A DNA stretch of 63,965 nt, counting the filler, from Folioceros fuciformis (Eukaryota), in the NCBI GenBank assembly GCA_049999805.1. It is 7 parts of 7 records of this genome, joined end to end, with 100 filler letters (N's around TTAATTAATTAA, not from the genome) between each part and the next. Parts side by side here need not be neighbours in the genome. Positions count along the whole stretch, not along the records: positions 60,078 to 63,965 come from JBNGIO010000902.1; 6 more parts are not named here. One strand, given 5' to 3'. Of the stretch, positions 60,623 through 63,965 are shown in pieces. The translations under genes were made by a program, and so were the position numbers. Numbering within the stretch: the stretch's first letter is position 1; every line of letters starts with the position of its first letter. The notes below the pieces were generated by a model, which was given only the letters and a program-made list of their open reading frames with translations, did no database searches and was not told where the DNA came from.

Positions 60623-63461
60623 ATGAATGCTCCGACAGGAGCGGCCGGGGGAGCTGCCAGGGCAGCTGTCATTGCCAGGGATCGAACGCTTGAGCTAGAG
60701 TTTAATTTCTCGCGCTTGGGTACAATATTTGTTTCCGGGGCTCCGTTCTCCCGCCGCCTGCTCGATTTGGGGACCTTGGCACTGACAGGTGGAGCCTTGT
60801 GGATGTGTGCTGTTGGGCAGGGGTGTGTGGGAAGGCTTACCATGAAGCCGCGGAGATCGAGATGGAGAGGAATCGGACCAAGATACGAGCTGCCAAGGTG
60901 GAGAACAGGCAACTCAGGGCAGCGCTGGACGCGCTGCTGTTTGCAGACAAGGCCTCCTTCCGCGTGAGCGATATGCAGAGGCACGTGGAGAGGGTCAAGT
61001 TGCTGCGGCGGGTTTCCGACGACCAGAAGAATTTGGTGTTGATCAAGCAGAGAGAGGTGGATTGAGACCTGCCAGATTTTTGTGCGTGGGGTCACCCTGA
61101 TTTGGCAAGGCACTCCTCTTGTGGCGCACTCTGTAAGAATGATGTTTCTGTTGGGTGCGCAGCTGGCCAAGCAGATCAACGACGCCAAGGCCGCGCAACT
61201 TGACCTCAGGGGCATTGTGCAGGACAGAAGTGCTCTTTACAAAATGGAGGCCCATATTGCCTTGATACAGAACAGGATACGGGCCTCCAAGGCGTTGCGG
61301 AAAAGCTACACTGCAACTGTCACCCCGATGCGTCGGGAGAGAGCTGCCTTTGACGTCATGGTATGATTTCTGGATGAGGATTCATGGGTCACACTCCTGT
61401 GTGAGCAGCAGGCACGACAAGCCTGTCGTTTGTTACACCAGTAACGATGCGGTGGCGCTGCAGATGGCGAATTACGAGAAGGTGTTGAAAACCAAAGAAA
61501 AACACCTCAAGAATCTCCGGTTTTTCTACCACGACGCTGAAAGGGCACGGACTCAATCCAAGTACGAGCTTGACGAAGTAGGTGAGTCTTGTGCTTTCTT
61601 GCCACCTTGCTTTGCTTTCCTCACCGTCGTACTGCTATTGCGAGAATGGTGCCCAGCACAGCGCTCTTCTCATGCATTGCTGCCGACATCGTTGCGTAAC
61701 AGATCCTACTAGCTGGCCGATACTCAGAAATCCGCTTCCACCACGATAAACAGGTAGATGCTTGCCTGTCATGCCCTTTTCATGTTTTGTTTTAACAGCT
61801 GTGGAGAGTGTGCAGCTGCAGCCGGTATTAAGCACTGTAGTTGGATGATTGCAGACAGCGGATTCCAAATCAGAGATGGCGGAAATGAATGTGGAGATCG
61901 CTAAGATACGAGATGTCTTCAACCAACCTACAATGAAGGAAATGTTTATGCAGCTTCTGGAACAGGAGAAGCGGACACAGTACTATGAGCAGATGTACAG
62001 GCAGATAATGGACGCGGAATGCAACACCGCCCTCACTGCCACCCAAGTAAGAAAAGACTGGTCATCTCACCCTTGAAGTTGGCTCTCCTGGGAGGTGATG
62101 GAGCCTGATCCAGTGGAACGTTGCAGAGGGCAATGTTGAGGCAAAATATCCCAGGCATTCATGTCATGAACGAGGTTCTGCACATAGAGAGCCGCAGAAG
62201 GGGGCCCTTGTTCGGCCCTACACTCATGGCAGCGGTGAAGGGGACAGGCAGGGTCATAGGTTTGCTGGATCGCATGTCTGCTCCCAGAGTGCCCAGACAT
62301 TCGGGAAACCTCATCAACATGCTCGCAGGGACAAAGCGGCTAGCTGATAAGATCATGATGGAAGACTGGGGGGTGAGTTATCCGGTTTCTTGTAGCAAGT
62401 CGTGTGATTAATCTCTCTCGGGCAGTGCATCCTGGAATGACAAGGGGAAGACTTAGTGCACCGTCAACGCAATGTTACTGCAGGAGGCGCCGGACACTCG
62501 AGCGGAGACTTTGGCCAAGTGCAAGAAAAGGCTGCTTCAACTATTGCAGGCACGTTGTCTAGTGTGTGTCGGTAGGCAGACAGAGTCATCGTAACGGGGC
62601 TAATCATGATACTACTCCATGGGCCAGGAAGTGGGCGATAAAATCAAATCTGCCAAGAAGGAGAAGGAGCTGAAGAGAGCTATAGGAGAAGACGTTGAGG
62701 ATCAGATGTACGAATGGATCACCCTGGTCGAGCAACGGCACACGGAGCGGCAGAGGGAGCTGGGCGCGTTGAGGCTAACGGATGCGTCGGTGTCCGAGCA
62801 ATCCAATCCAATTCCCGAGCCCGGCCAAAGTTTGCTAGACTTTCTCATGACTCCTGTGAGCGACGTAGCTGCTGCCGCTGCCGCTGCGACTGGCGAACAG
62901 CGTTGGGTCGGAAGACCCGAGACGCCCAAGCCACCCGTGAAAGCCAAGAAGAAGAAGAAGGCCAAGGCAGCACCCGCCCCAGAACCCCCTAAGGGACCTG
63001 ATCCCGAAGCCATTCGAAAACAGATTGAAGAGGAAGTGGAAAAGTGGATTCGGACGATAGAGCAACAGGTGGCGGAAGACCCAACAAGATCCGGACAATT
63101 TCTGGCTGGAGAGGATTTCCGGCAGGAGATAGAGGGGCTGGTGGAGAGCTGGCTAGTCCTGGTGGAGGCGCACTACCGGGAGCAGCAGGACAGAGAGAGA
63201 ATAAAGGCTGCCGCTCAGGACATTGTGGACCAAATGGAAAGCTGGATAGAGTCACGTGAGCCCACGTCCTCCTCACAAGGCGCAGCAAGCGGAGAAGAGG
63301 CACAGCCTGATCCCGCACACGACCCCGTCAGTCTGCAACAGGCCATTCAGGAGCAGATGGACGGTTGGCTGGCCACCGTGGAGAGCAGACACACTGAGCA
63401 ACTCGAGGCACTGCAGATGGAAGGAGCTGCCCAAATGCATGGAGACGAGGGTTTGGGGTAA
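60623..63461 (+). CDS. Multi-exon coiled-coil protein, CCDC151/ODA docking-complex-like N-terminal half plus Trp-containing repeats; 3' end uncertain
   Basis: Exon-like segments bounded by GT-AG: KAYHEAAEIEMERNRTKI, IQNRIRASKALRKSY, YHDAERARTQSKYELDE. Long acidic exon at ~62630-63458. Confidence 0.6.
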
Positions 63462-63965
63462 GCTCTTGCCGCAATTGAGGAGTCGGCTCCGTCTGCTTCT
63501 TCCCAGGCTCCCGATCCCGCCACCATGCTATGGTTGGCAGTTTGCCACGTTCAAGGGGGATTGTTGCAACCTCGAGCATGGATGGACACCACCCTCCAAA
63601 CCTCTTGTTAGTCATTGGGATAACTGTCGATTTGAAGTGCTCGACTACTAATAGTGCAGATGAATTGGAGATTCCCACACCCATCTGGATGCACCCAAGG
63701 ATTATGGTACGGTCTGGCCGACACCTACCTAAATCTCATGTGGGACTCAAGCGTCCATACCGTTTGCATCCAAGGAACATAGCACAAGTGAGAAAAGCGT
63801 GGCCAGCTAGCTAGAATACTTTGGCATGCACACATTTCGAAAAGATAAATTTTCTTCAACAAATTAATAAGAACATCAAGAGCAGACAAGTCTACTCAAA
63901 CTAAGGGAATAAAATTACATTAACGAGGGCATCCTGATCGGAGCTGAACCTCACCCATCTAGCAG

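Noticed and set aside
60235..61215. 326-aa minus-strand ORF
   Set aside because: Antisense shadow over exons and introns of the coiled-coil gene.

Overview
Land-plant nuclear DNA, most likely a bryophyte and probably a hornwort (inferred from compact small-intron genes, PLS-PPR genes with long-insert L motifs, and a flagellar-type coiled-coil gene). The window is seven unrelated contigs joined by artificial 100-bp N linkers containing TTAATTAATTAA. Genic contigs carry two PLS/E+ PPR genes, a 3-exon P-class PPR gene, tRNA-Asn(GTT), RPS26, malonyl-CoA decarboxylase, an ABCB transporter, a MINPP1-like phosphatase and a CCDC151-like gene. Three contigs are nests of degraded transposons (Copia, Gypsy, CACTA). 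The most notable region is contig 20078-30481, which holds three DNA methyltransferase relics that the ORF track shows only as fragments. One is a C5-cytosine MTase fused in frame behind the protease of a Gypsy pol. The second is a beta-class N4/N6 amino-MTase with a possible ParB-like N-terminus, convergent with a CACTA TnpD transposase relic. The third is a second N4/N6 MTase fragment inserted between the Gypsy DNMT and RT. All three are pseudogenes. All domain calls come from motif recognition by eye and were not checked by database search.
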